Virus record (IMG/VR): IMGVR_UViG_3300045988_142718
Source of the DNA: a virus
DNA: 64,000 nt
Reading direction: 5' to 3' (one strand)
Shown here: positions 17,527 through 27,042 of the stretch, piece after piece
Layout of the letters: every line of letters starts with the position of its first letter
How positions within the stretch are numbered: the first letter of the stretch is position 1
Notes under the pieces: generated by a model
Database searches by the model: none
The model's input: the letters and a program-made list of their open reading frames with translations, nothing else
What the model was told of the DNA's origin: nothing
Position numbers and translations under genes: made by a program

Positions 17527-19800
17527 ATGGCAAAGAAAGTAAAGATAGGGATAAAGGTCCCAACATCCAGCGAGCTTAATAGAAGGTATGGGAATTTATT
17601 AATTAATCCCAGTACACAAGAAAGACCCAAGTTATGGTTACCCTCAAGATTCTTAGCTTTAAATTATCAGTATGGTGGAGGAATCCCTTTTGGTAAGATA
17701 CTGGAAGTCATGGGCCAAGAATCAAGTGGGAAAGCAGTTCCTTTGGATTCTCCAGTTTTAACCCCTACTGGATATAAATTAATGGGAGAATTATCTCTAT
17801 CAGATAAAGTAATGGACCCAGTTTCTGGGGATCCAATCTCCATTATTGGAATATACCCTCAAGGGTTAAAACGAGTATACAAGGTTACATTTAGAGATGG
17901 TGCTTCAGCAGAATGCTCAGAGGATCATTTATGGGAAGTACAATTCAGATCTCACAATCAGTATAAGTCTCAAGTATTAACCCTAAAAGAGATTTTAGAA
18001 AAAGGGTACAGAACAAAAAGGGCTTCTGGTAAAGGTAAATTTAAATATAAATATAACATACCAAGTACCATACCGTTAAACTTTGAAAAAAAAGAGTTAC
18101 CCATTCATCCATATATATTGGGATACATATTAGGTGATGGAGGTTTAGGTAGAGCAAATTATATTATGTTTAATATTGGATTAGAAGATGCTGATTCATT
18201 TAAACATAATATTTCTAAGTTCCTTAAAGAAGGGGCTGAATTAGAAGATAAGGGCATCTATGAAAATCCATTTGGGAAAACTCATAGATTTATCTTAAAG
18301 GGGTATTCAAAGGAAATAAGATCCTTATGCTTAGAGGGGAAATTATCCTCAGATAAGTTTATCCCGGAAGATTACCTTTGGTCTTCAGTAGAAGATAGGA
18401 AGTACTTATTATCGGGATTACTTGATTCTGATGGTACTATTGGTGAACAGCACAATCGAGCAAAATACTCCTCACGATTTAAGTTCTCATCCACTTCTTC
18501 AAAGATGATAAAACAGTTAGTACAAGTAGTACGATCACTTGGGGGATTTATAACAGAACCAAAATCGAAGGTTCGAGAACGTCAGTTCGAGGGTTATGAA
18601 AAAAGAATTTCAAAGGAGATTAGAACTGGAGGTAGATTGCCATTTAATCCATTCATGTTAGAGAGAAAAAGAAAACAGTATCAAGTAAAAATAGAGAACC
18701 AAACCAAATCCGCTAATTATAGAAGGTCCATTATCGATATCTCATATATTGGTAAAAAAGAATGTCAATGTATAAAGGTAAGTTCTGAAAGAGGGTTATT
18801 CATGTTGAATGATTTCATTGTTACTCATAATACTCTGGTAGCTTATGACTTTGCATATTGTACCCAACAATTGGGAGGCCATGTTATTTGGGTTGATGCC
18901 GAGCAATCTTGGGATAATTCATGGGCAGAACAAAACGGAATAGAATTGGATAAAGTTACAATCATCAGTTCAACCGAGATAGAAACAATTTCTGATGCTA
19001 TTGCCGATTTATCCATTCTATGGAGAAGCAAGTTAACTCATAATGAACCAATCCTTCTAGTAGTGGATTCTATAGCTGCTATGGACTGTACAGAAAACAT
19101 TAATATAAAAATGACCGATTGTAAAGCCGAGATGGGGGGCAGAGCTAAGGCATTGTATAAAATGTTTAGGATCAGAACAGAACTTCTCTCTAAGCTGGGC
19201 ATCACTCAAATTTATATCAATCAATTAAGGGTAGCTTTAAATGTGGGATTTGGTCAAGATAACACTACTTCAACTGGAGGGAAAGCTCTTGGATTCTATG
19301 CTTCTATCCGTTCTGCATTTTATGCTGGAAAACAAGTTACTAAAAAGGTAAAGGGTAAAGAAAGAAAGGTAGGGAAGTTAGTAAGTATACGCCCAATTAA
19401 GAACAAGGTATCACCCTTGAGGAATACAATCTCTAAAGCTCCCATATATTTCAATCCAAAATACGTTGAATATGTGGGTTTTGATAGATATCATGGATTT
19501 GCAGATATTCTGGTTGAAGAAGACGTATTGGAGAAAACCTCTGGAGGCATCTATAAGTATAAGGGAAAAACAGTTGCAAGAGGTGAAGAGAAATTTCAAT
19601 CTGTAGTAGAAGAGGATGATAAGCTTAGAAGAAAATTGATTAAAGCTTGTGGAATAAACACTATCAGTGTTACCCAGAGTAAAATTGATGAGCTTGTAGA
19701 AAAGGGTATAAACCTCTTCCCAGTAGATGGAAATTTGGATTATGAATCTCAATCCGATGATTCAGAAGATGAAGAAGAGGAAGAAGAATTCGAAGATTAA
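17527..19800 (+). CDS. recA: RecA recombinase interrupted by an intein in the P-loop
   Basis: GKILEVMGQESSGK | intein | TLVAYDF..VIWVDAEQSWD..LVVDSIAAM..MGGRAKALYKMFR..IYINQLR..TTSTGGKALGFYASIR. About 391 aa after splicing. Confidence 0.85.
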   Translation: MAKKVKIGIKVPTSSELNRRYGNLLINPSTQERPKLWLPSRFLALNYQYGGGIPFGKILEVMGQESSGKAVPLDSPVLTPTGYKLMGELSLSDKVMDPVSGDPISIIGIYPQGLKRVYKVTFRDGASAECSEDHLWEVQFRSHNQYKSQVLTLKEILEKGYRTKRASGKGKFKYKYNIPSTIPLNFEKKELPIHPYILGYILGDGGLGRANYIMFNIGLEDADSFKHNISKFLKEGAELEDKGIYENPFGKTHRFILKGYSKEIRSLCLEGKLSSDKFIPEDYLWSSVEDRKYLLSGLLDSDGTIGEQHNRAKYSSRFKFSSTSSKMIKQLVQVVRSLGGFITEPKSKVRERQFEGYEKRISKEIRTGGRLPFNPFMLERKRKQYQVKIENQTKSANYRRSIIDISYIGKKECQCIKVSSERGLFMLNDFIVTHNTLVAYDFAYCTQQLGGHVIWVDAEQSWDNSWAEQNGIELDKVTIISSTEIETISDAIADLSILWRSKLTHNEPILLVVDSIAAMDCTENINIKMTDCKAEMGGRAKALYKMFRIRTELLSKLGITQIYINQLRVALNVGFGQDNTTSTGGKALGFYASIRSAFYAGKQVTKKVKGKERKVGKLVSIRPIKNKVSPLRNTISKAPIYFNPKYVEYVGFDRYHGFADILVEEDVLEKTSGGIYKYKGKTVARGEEKFQSVVEEDDKLRRKLIKACGINTISVTQSKIDELVEKGINLFPVDGNLDYESQSDDSEDEEEEEEFED
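17734..18831 (+). mobile_element. Intein (366 aa) with LAGLIDADG endonuclease; candidate class-3 intein
   Basis: Begins with Ala (AVPLDSPVLTPTG). Block B is SEDHLW (Trp two residues after His). YILGYILGDGGL and LLSGLLDSDGTI. Block F is ECQCIKV. Ends FIVTHN followed by Thr+1. Confidence 0.7.
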
Positions 19801-19928
19801 AGTAGTGGTAGCCATTGTCCCAAAAGGGAGGATGGTACCTTGCTTTCAAGTAGTATCTGCAGGCTCATTAAATAATCCCAGAGTTATATTTTTATATCAA
19901 GAATTACAATGAAAGAAGAAAGGATATT

Positions 19929-20510
19929 ATGAAAAAGAGAGATATTATTATAGATAAAGGTATATCTGGTGCTTACTATGCTGATAAGTTTTTACCAGAT
20001 AACCTACCTGGCTACCCCGGTTATCATATATCCAAGTTCGGCAAAGTTTATAGTCGATGGGATATCAATGGTAAAGGGGTACTGAGGGTTCGATGGCATT
20101 TAAAAAGGCCTCAACCTAACCGGTTAGGTAGGCTATTAGTAGGTATTACGAATGGAAAGAAAACTAAGAAATTTCAAGTACATCGATTAGTAGCAATGGT
20201 ATACATTCCAAATCCCAATAATTATCCAAATGTTTGCCATAAAGATAACAATCCCCAAAATAATCGTGCAAGTAATCTATATTGGGGAACTCAAAAAATG
20301 AACATGAACCAGGCATCACTGGAGGGTAGGATGGTATCCAAGGTAAAGGGGTTACCAAAGAAACTTTCTGATTTACAGATCAGTTATATACCAAAATTAT
20401 TTGAGAGAGGGTTTTCATATAGAGATATCTCTTATATTTTTAACAGAGAAGCTTCTACTGCTACAATTAAGAGGTGGCATTTTTTGTATATTAAAAAATA
20501 TGGATTATGA
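19929..20510 (+). CDS. Free-standing HNH homing endonuclease (NUMOD4 + HNH_3-like)
   Basis: GYHISKFGKVYS... HRLVAMVYIPNPNNYPNVCHKDNNPQNNRASNLYWGTQKMN. Confidence 0.7.
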   Translation: MKKRDIIIDKGISGAYYADKFLPDNLPGYPGYHISKFGKVYSRWDINGKGVLRVRWHLKRPQPNRLGRLLVGITNGKKTKKFQVHRLVAMVYIPNPNNYPNVCHKDNNPQNNRASNLYWGTQKMNMNQASLEGRMVSKVKGLPKKLSDLQISYIPKLFERGFSYRDISYIFNREASTATIKRWHFLYIKKYGL

Positions 20511-21427
20511 TAAAAAGTGAAGACCGGTTGTTATTGGTGGATGGGAATAATGTTATTTTGAGAGCTTACTTTTCCATGAAGAATAAAGGGTTCTCAAACG
20601 GTAAGATTCCAACGGGTGCAGTATATGGGTTCTTTAAAATCCTATACTCAAACATTGTAAGGTTTAAAATCACTTCAGTAGTAGTATGTTTCGACTGTCA
20701 TAGGTCTAAACTAAGGACTGATATGTACCCAGAGTATAAAGCTCATAGAAAAAGGATTTCAGAAGATTGGGATCAGATTTTCAAGGTACAGTTTCCCATT
20801 ATTAAACGTATCTTAAGGAACTTAGGAATTGTTTATGTATGGGATAACAAAAGGATCAATGAAATGGAAAGTGATGATTATCTTGCATTGCTTTATCAAA
20901 AGAATTGCTTATCTCAAGTATACCTATTATCATCAGATGAAGATTTTGTTCAACTTCTAGCATTTCCAAATATCAAATTGATAAATCCTTCTAAAGATAT
21001 GCTAGTAACACCTAAAAATTGTAAAGATGTATATGGGTATACACCAGAACAAGCAGTGGATATGAAAATCCTATGTGGAGACACATCTGATAACATTTCA
21101 GGAATAAAAGGGGTAGGTCCTAAAACTGCTTTAAAATTCTTAGAAGAGTATGGAAGTATAAGGGAGTTCTTAAAATCTGATCATGGAGATAAGAAATTCC
21201 CTAAATCAGAATTAGAACCAATATTCAAACGAAACCAACTGTTGATAGATCTGTTCTATTATCTAACAAAGGTTAATCCAGAAGTAATCCCATATCATGA
21301 TAAAAAACATGCAATGGATAAGATTACCTTAAATGAGATATTTGAGAAATATCAACTCAAATCTTTCATGTCATCAGAATTTATGAAACCATTCAAACAA
21401 TTAAAAACTTACAAATATGAAGAATAA
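20507..21427 (+). CDS. 5'-3' exonuclease / flap endonuclease (PIN + H3TH)
   Basis: LLLVDGNNVILRAYF; ESDDYLALL; GDTSDNISGIKGVGPKTALKFLEEYGS. Confidence 0.8.
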   Translation: MIKSEDRLLLVDGNNVILRAYFSMKNKGFSNGKIPTGAVYGFFKILYSNIVRFKITSVVVCFDCHRSKLRTDMYPEYKAHRKRISEDWDQIFKVQFPIIKRILRNLGIVYVWDNKRINEMESDDYLALLYQKNCLSQVYLLSSDEDFVQLLAFPNIKLINPSKDMLVTPKNCKDVYGYTPEQAVDMKILCGDTSDNISGIKGVGPKTALKFLEEYGSIREFLKSDHGDKKFPKSELEPIFKRNQLLIDLFYYLTKVNPEVIPYHDKKHAMDKITLNEIFEKYQLKSFMSSEFMKPFKQLKTYKYEE

Positions 21428-22127
21428 GAGGATAGTAATCTGTGGTGCAAGTGGGGTTGGCAAATCAACCATAGCCAGAGCTATTTCAGAGGAGTTTGGA
21501 ATTAAATATGTTTCTGGGAGTTTATATGATTTAATGCCCAATCTCCCAAAAAATCATTATGATTTAAATACCAAGTATGATACCAATGAAAAACACAAAA
21601 GGAATTTCCAAATCCTAAACCTAAGGTATCATCAGTATATGGAATTAGAAGGTAGCTTTGTTACAGATCGTAGTCTGTATGATACTGCGGGTTATGAGAT
21701 CCAAGAAAATTCCATGGGACTCCCAACCTGTGAAACACATGATTTTATCGAAAAGATAAATGCTATCAATTATGATCTTATGTTAAAGGAAAAAGAGATA
21801 ACTCATATTATCTTCATTCCTTACAAAAGAGCTCAATTTGAAAGATGGGAATTCGAAAACGATGGCAAACGTATTACCAATAAATACTTCCAATACATGG
21901 TAAGTGCTTGTCAAACTTTGGTATTCAATGTCATTGGAGTAGAGCAATCTTTTGGCCAGCTTATCAGAAACATATTCAGTAAAAACAAGGTTGGTACTTT
22001 ATTTGTACATGATACCGACTGGGAAGTAGAAGACGGATATGATCCAATCGATGGGATTAAATTCTTAGAATTAAATGAGATGGATCATAATAAACGAATG
22101 AAAGCAATTAGAAAGTTTTTAAAATGA
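21417..22127 (+). CDS. P-loop nucleoside/nucleotide kinase
   Basis: IVICGASGVGKSTIARA Walker A; DRSLYDTAGY motif as in deoxynucleoside/dNMP kinases. Confidence 0.55.
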   Translation: MKNKRIVICGASGVGKSTIARAISEEFGIKYVSGSLYDLMPNLPKNHYDLNTKYDTNEKHKRNFQILNLRYHQYMELEGSFVTDRSLYDTAGYEIQENSMGLPTCETHDFIEKINAINYDLMLKEKEITHIIFIPYKRAQFERWEFENDGKRITNKYFQYMVSACQTLVFNVIGVEQSFGQLIRNIFSKNKVGTLFVHDTDWEVEDGYDPIDGIKFLELNEMDHNKRMKAIRKFLK

Positions 22128-23104
22128 AAAAGGAAGTTATAGCATTAGCTTTCTCGGATATTCATCTAAATAATTGGACCAAGTTCAATCAAAATGGGAG
22201 TCGAACAGATTCCCATTTTTTGATTTTAGACAAAATTTTCAGAGAAGCAATAAAACAAAAGATCCCAGTTTTCTTTTGCGGTGATTTAGTACATACTCCA
22301 GAAACAATCAATATGGAGTTATATATTAAGATGTCCAAGTATTTCGATAAATATTCAAATGAGCCAAAGCTTCAAGTATTTGGAATCTCTGGTAATCATG
22401 AAATACCAAATTTGAACACATATGATCAAAGGTCAGATTCTTTCTTAACAGCTCTTGATCTTCAATATCATTGGTTTCATTGTATGGATTGGAAAACTAT
22501 CCAGTGGCCAACATTTGCATTGCATGGCATACCATATCTGGATCATAATGTTGGTTTAAAGCAAGCATTAAAAGAAACAAAAGTAATTAAGGGTAAAAAG
22601 AATATCCTATTACTACATACTGATTATGCTGGAGCCCGAGATACAGATGGTAGAGAAGTTGGTTCTGTAGAAAACTTCGATAGAACATTACTCAGAAAGT
22701 TCGATTTGGTATTATGTGGACACATACATAAATTTCAGAAATTAGAGAAACATGTATACATGGTTGGAGCACCTTTACAACAAAGGTTCACAGATGAAGG
22801 AAACAAAATGGGTTATCTTAAGATTTATTCTGATATGTCCATTGAGTTTGTTCATATTAAAGGATTGCCTAAGTTTAAGACAGTGGGCAGTGTGGAGGAA
22901 ATTAAAGAGGACGGAAATTATTATAGAGTTCTCAAACCTAAGGCCTCTAATGATGAGTTCAGCTCAGAAAGCAAGGTTATACAGAAAAACTATTCGAAAG
23001 TTAAAGCAGGTAGACGATATCTTCGAATACAAGGTATCAAAGATCCTGAAAAGAAGAGACTTCTTATTGAAATACTTGAAAAGGCAGAGGAGGAAGAAGT
23101 ATGA
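22124..23104 (+). CDS. sbcD: SbcD/Mre11-type nuclease (T4 gp47-like)
   Basis: Calcineurin-like phosphoesterase motifs FSDIHLN, CGDLVH, GNHE, LLLHTD, CGHIH. Confidence 0.75.
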   Translation: MKKEVIALAFSDIHLNNWTKFNQNGSRTDSHFLILDKIFREAIKQKIPVFFCGDLVHTPETINMELYIKMSKYFDKYSNEPKLQVFGISGNHEIPNLNTYDQRSDSFLTALDLQYHWFHCMDWKTIQWPTFALHGIPYLDHNVGLKQALKETKVIKGKKNILLLHTDYAGARDTDGREVGSVENFDRTLLRKFDLVLCGHIHKFQKLEKHVYMVGAPLQQRFTDEGNKMGYLKIYSDMSIEFVHIKGLPKFKTVGSVEEIKEDGNYYRVLKPKASNDEFSSESKVIQKNYSKVKAGRRYLRIQGIKDPEKKRLLIEILEKAEEEEV

Positions 23105-24822
23105 TTAAATTCATGAATATGGAGATAAAAGGATTCTGTTCTATTCAGGATCTTAGTATAACATTGGGTACAGAAGGAATCCATCTGGTTAAAGGAAATA
23201 CGGGTTCGGGGAAAAGCACCTTCTTGAATGCTATCAGTTGGTGTTTATATGGTAAAACATTAAAAAACATAAAAGATGTAAATACCTTAGAATCCTGGAG
23301 ACCCAATGATTATAAGGGTACAATGGTAAAAATCTTTTTTGAGAAAGATGGCTCAATACATCAGATAATACGATGTCAAGAATATAAAGGTAAAGTAGAA
23401 GAGGCTAAAGGAGGAAACAGATTACTCTATCTAATCGATGGAGCCCAAGTAAAAGAAAAATCCAAACCAAAGATTCAAGAACTTATCGAAAAAGATTTGG
23501 GTAGTAGCTTTAGGCTTTTCAAAAACACAATCACATTCGGTCAAAGACTCCAGCGTATAGCTGAATCATCTGGTCCTGATAAAAAGGCTTTGTTCGAAGA
23601 AGCTTTCGAAATAGGTTATATTACTGTAGCAAAGAACATTGCTATGGTAATGAAAAAAGAAACACAACAGAAATATGATGAAGCATACTATCGAGTTAAA
23701 TCCATAACTGAAAGATATGAAGATGCAAGAAAAAGTTATGAAAAATTCCGAGATAGTGAAAGGAATTATAAAAAGATCTTCAGAGAACAGGTTGATCAGA
23801 TCGAAAATAAAATTACATTGAGACATGAGAAACTTGTTAGATTGGAGAAAAAGTTCGATGAAAACCTGCTAACTAAGCGCTTAAAAAATTTGGAGCATCT
23901 TAAGAGAGAGTTAACCAAACTTAAAAAAGAAGAACTTAATACCAATCAACAACTAACCAAAATCACAAGTAAAAAAGGGGTCCTGGAATTTATTGAATCC
24001 ATCATGGGTTTATTACAGAAAGGGAAATACAAGGTTGCATATAATGACCTTAAAACCTTATCCTCACATTTCAAATCATCGGAAGAGATTAAGGATAAAA
24101 AATTTAAGACCCAGTCAAAAATCTACGATGTAGAATCTTTTTGTAGAGAACAAGAAGATATTAAAGATGATATTACTACTTTAAAGGGTGAAATTACTAA
24201 CCTGATAAAAGAAAAGGGAAACTTAAGATTAGAGAGAATAAACATAATCTCACCTCAGTATCGAAAACAGAGAAAGGAATTAAAAGCTAAGTTAGAAAAA
24301 CATCGTAAAAATTGTGAAAATCAGAAAAAGGCATTAGAAAACCTAAATTGGGTAATCAATGACCCATTAAGTAATTCTGGGATGAAAACTTTTATTTTCG
24401 ATGCTTCATTAAAATCCTTGAACGATTGTTTGGATGATTACAGTAGTATAATCGGATTTAATATAAAGTTCACAGTAAACACAGAATCATCAAAAAGGGA
24501 TTTTGTAACCTTAATCGATAAAGATGGCCAATTGCTTCAATACGAAGAATTATCCGGAGGTGAACAACAATTGGTAAATGTGGCTATGGCATTTGCATTA
24601 CACTCTATCACAAGCGTATCATTGGGAATAAATTTACTTTTCTTGGATGAACTTTTCGAAAACTTAGATAAGGCAAATATCGAAATCGTAATGGACTTAG
24701 TGAAATATATAGGTAATGGGAAAAGCATTTATATAATCACTCACCAAGAGAATTTTTCAATCTCAGGTTCTAATACGATTAAGGTAAAAAAAGACAATGG
24801 TATTACCACTATAATCCCATAA
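23101..24822 (+). CDS. sbcC: SbcC/Rad50-type ATPase (T4 gp46-like)
   Basis: GNTGSGKST Walker A, long coiled-coil middle, LSGGEQQ signature, LLFLDELFENLD Walker B/D-loop. Confidence 0.8.
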   Translation: MIKFMNMEIKGFCSIQDLSITLGTEGIHLVKGNTGSGKSTFLNAISWCLYGKTLKNIKDVNTLESWRPNDYKGTMVKIFFEKDGSIHQIIRCQEYKGKVEEAKGGNRLLYLIDGAQVKEKSKPKIQELIEKDLGSSFRLFKNTITFGQRLQRIAESSGPDKKALFEEAFEIGYITVAKNIAMVMKKETQQKYDEAYYRVKSITERYEDARKSYEKFRDSERNYKKIFREQVDQIENKITLRHEKLVRLEKKFDENLLTKRLKNLEHLKRELTKLKKEELNTNQQLTKITSKKGVLEFIESIMGLLQKGKYKVAYNDLKTLSSHFKSSEEIKDKKFKTQSKIYDVESFCREQEDIKDDITTLKGEITNLIKEKGNLRLERINIISPQYRKQRKELKAKLEKHRKNCENQKKALENLNWVINDPLSNSGMKTFIFDASLKSLNDCLDDYSSIIGFNIKFTVNTESSKRDFVTLIDKDGQLLQYEELSGGEQQLVNVAMAFALHSITSVSLGINLLFLDELFENLDKANIEIVMDLVKYIGNGKSIYIITHQENFSISGSNTIKVKKDNGITTIIP

Positions 24823-24842
24823 TACTTAAAATTCAATACCAA

Positions 24843-25355
24843 ATGTCAGTGAACAGTAAAAATAAAGGATCCAAAGCTGAAAGGGAACTTGCTAAGGTAT
24901 GGGAAAGATGGACTGGCTATAAATTTTCTCGAACTCCCATGTCAGGAGGTTGGGCTAAATCTATCGAATCTTTTGGAGATTTAACCTGTACTGATCCGAA
25001 ACATAGCCACAAATTCCCTTTCAGTGTTGAATGTAAATCCTATAAGGGTATAACATTCAATGATATTCTAAAAGGTACAAAATCCGATGTACTTAGGTTT
25101 TGGGAACAAGCCTCATATGATGCTAACCGATGTAATAAAATCCCATTATTATTTATGAGAGAGAATGGGATGGCAAAGCAAACCTATTTTTTAGTATGCG
25201 ATGTAAAAGTGGGAAAGCTAATCGTAGATTTATCCAAGAAAAGCTTAGACATGATTGCTTTGAGCTGTTCATTGGGGGATCTACTGGTGTTCAATTCAAA
25301 CGACTTAACGGCGATTCCCTATAATGAATTCTATAAAGCAGTAAGGAAATTATGA
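24843..25355 (+). CDS. PD-(D/E)XK-type nuclease, putative Holliday-junction resolvase
   Basis: KGSKAERELAKVW...GDLTC...FSVECKSYKG pattern (E..D..ExK). Confidence 0.4.
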   Translation: MSVNSKNKGSKAERELAKVWERWTGYKFSRTPMSGGWAKSIESFGDLTCTDPKHSHKFPFSVECKSYKGITFNDILKGTKSDVLRFWEQASYDANRCNKIPLLFMRENGMAKQTYFLVCDVKVGKLIVDLSKKSLDMIALSCSLGDLLVFNSNDLTAIPYNEFYKAVRKL

Positions 25356-26068
25356 AAAAAAGAGAATATGTATGGTGTATATGCCATATAGATAATAAAC
25401 TTTATGGTTCAATCGAAGCTGAGCTTAAAAAAGCAAAATATGATGATATCAAAGTATACATTCCAACACTTTCAATATTAAAAAAACGAAGTAAAGGAAA
25501 AGATATCTATGAGGATGTACCCATGCTATTCTCTTATGGCTTTATCAGAATGAGAAAAGAAAAAGCATTCTCAAGGGTATTCCTACATCGATTAAAAAAG
25601 GTGATCCCAGGAATCCATTCTTGGGTAAAGTCTCCAGAGACAATGCACCCAAGGAAAATAAAAGCTCGGATTCAAAATGCCGAAGATTGGGATGACTTCT
25701 CTATTGTAGCAACAGTATCCAGAAAAGAAATCAGAAGATTAAAAAGACTCTCCAAAGAAAACAAGGTTTATTCTAAGTATGATATTGCCCAATTAACAGT
25801 GGGAAGTTATATCGTATTAAGAGGGTATCCTTTTGATGGTGTTCAAGCAACAGTATTAGAGATAAACCTTAACACACAAAATGTAAAGGTAAAATTATTC
25901 CCAAATGGGGGTGAAATCGAAATATGGTTACCTTTTGAGAATGTTCTTTACAGTACATACTTGGATTATGATCCAGATAAATTAGCTTATGATCATGCCG
26001 AGGATAATATTAGCAATTCTTATAAATTAACTACAACACAAGAAGAGGACTCATTATGGATGGATTAG
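25352..26068 (+). CDS. NusG-like transcription elongation/antitermination factor (NGN + KOW)
   Basis: NGN-like N-terminus (VWCICHID..SIEAELKK..VYIPT..VPMLFSYGFIRM). KOW-like region: VGSYIVLRGYPFDGVQATVLEINLNTQNVKVKLF. Confidence 0.5.
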   Translation: MKKREYVWCICHIDNKLYGSIEAELKKAKYDDIKVYIPTLSILKKRSKGKDIYEDVPMLFSYGFIRMRKEKAFSRVFLHRLKKVIPGIHSWVKSPETMHPRKIKARIQNAEDWDDFSIVATVSRKEIRRLKRLSKENKVYSKYDIAQLTVGSYIVLRGYPFDGVQATVLEINLNTQNVKVKLFPNGGEIEIWLPFENVLYSTYLDYDPDKLAYDHAEDNISNSYKLTTTQEEDSLWMD

Positions 26069-27042
26069 TAGATAACAAAGCATGGAATTGTCTTACTAAA
26101 GAAGAACAACAATCCTTATCTCTTTCAATTTCCTATGGTAAATCCTCCTGGGAAGTTGGAGAGATAATGGGAATCGTACATTACAAGTACTTGGAATTAA
26201 AAGAAAGATCAGAAAGGCTTTTCAGATTGTTTCATGATTTTTTCGAACTTCATGATAACATCTTTAAGCCTGTTCGTTGTGTTGATCAAAGATTTGTAGA
26301 TTATATAGAAGCTTGTATAGAACGAAGAGTTACAAGAAAACAAGCTTCTGACCCTTTTGGAGATGCTGCAATGTATGTGGCTCCAATTAAAACTCAATTC
26401 CTAATAAAACAGATGGCTCTATTAAAAGAGTCTACCGATCCATGGGATATCGATACATATAAACTTATCATGGAATTCGATAGATGGAATAATTGGAGAA
26501 TCCTTCCAAGGAAAATTCAACAGCCATCTGCATATAAAAGAAGGAATAATCGAAGAGATATCTTTTATATCAAATACATCTGTAGCTTGGATTCTGAGCA
26601 AGTTCAAAATCTCATAGATCAATATTGGTATTCAAGGAAGAAACAATGTTATTACTTTGTTGTATTCGATTATGATAGGTTCGATGATGGGTATCAGATA
26701 GTACCTGTAAAAAAACGAGACAGTACTTTAGAGAAGCTATCTAAACTTTATATCTATGTATTTGATGATAAAGACATGGCTGATGTATATGGCTACTTGG
26801 TAGTAGAATTCCAATATGGGAATAAGACTGCAAAGAAAGGTCAAGCGTTCTGGCCAAATTATCGTCAAACAATCGAAAAAGCAGTAAACTACAACAGTGT
26901 AAACAATCTAGATTTTTATGCTGAGAAATTAGATTATGCTTATCAGAATAATGATAAACAGAAGTTACTGAATTTCGAAAAGAGAGAAAAGAAAAAACGT
27001 AAAGGATTACAAAGAGCTAACGAAAACTCATTTTACATATGA
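26056..27042 (+). CDS. Protein with N-terminal sigma-70 region-4 / LuxR-like HTH
   Basis: LTKEEQQSLSLSISYGKSSWEVGEIMGIVHYKYLELKERSERLFRLF resembles the sigma region 4.2 HTH. Confidence 0.4.
   Translation: MDGLVDNKAWNCLTKEEQQSLSLSISYGKSSWEVGEIMGIVHYKYLELKERSERLFRLFHDFFELHDNIFKPVRCVDQRFVDYIEACIERRVTRKQASDPFGDAAMYVAPIKTQFLIKQMALLKESTDPWDIDTYKLIMEFDRWNNWRILPRKIQQPSAYKRRNNRRDIFYIKYICSLDSEQVQNLIDQYWYSRKKQCYYFVVFDYDRFDDGYQIVPVKKRDSTLEKLSKLYIYVFDDKDMADVYGYLVVEFQYGNKTAKKGQAFWPNYRQTIEKAVNYNSVNNLDFYAEKLDYAYQNNDKQKLLNFEKREKKKRKGLQRANENSFYI

Noticed and set aside
19727-19912. 61-aa ORF spanning the RecA stop and the following intergenic region.
   Set aside because: Its first third overlaps recA out of frame, and it has no promoter or conserved features. 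It is probably non-coding spacer ahead of the HNH gene.
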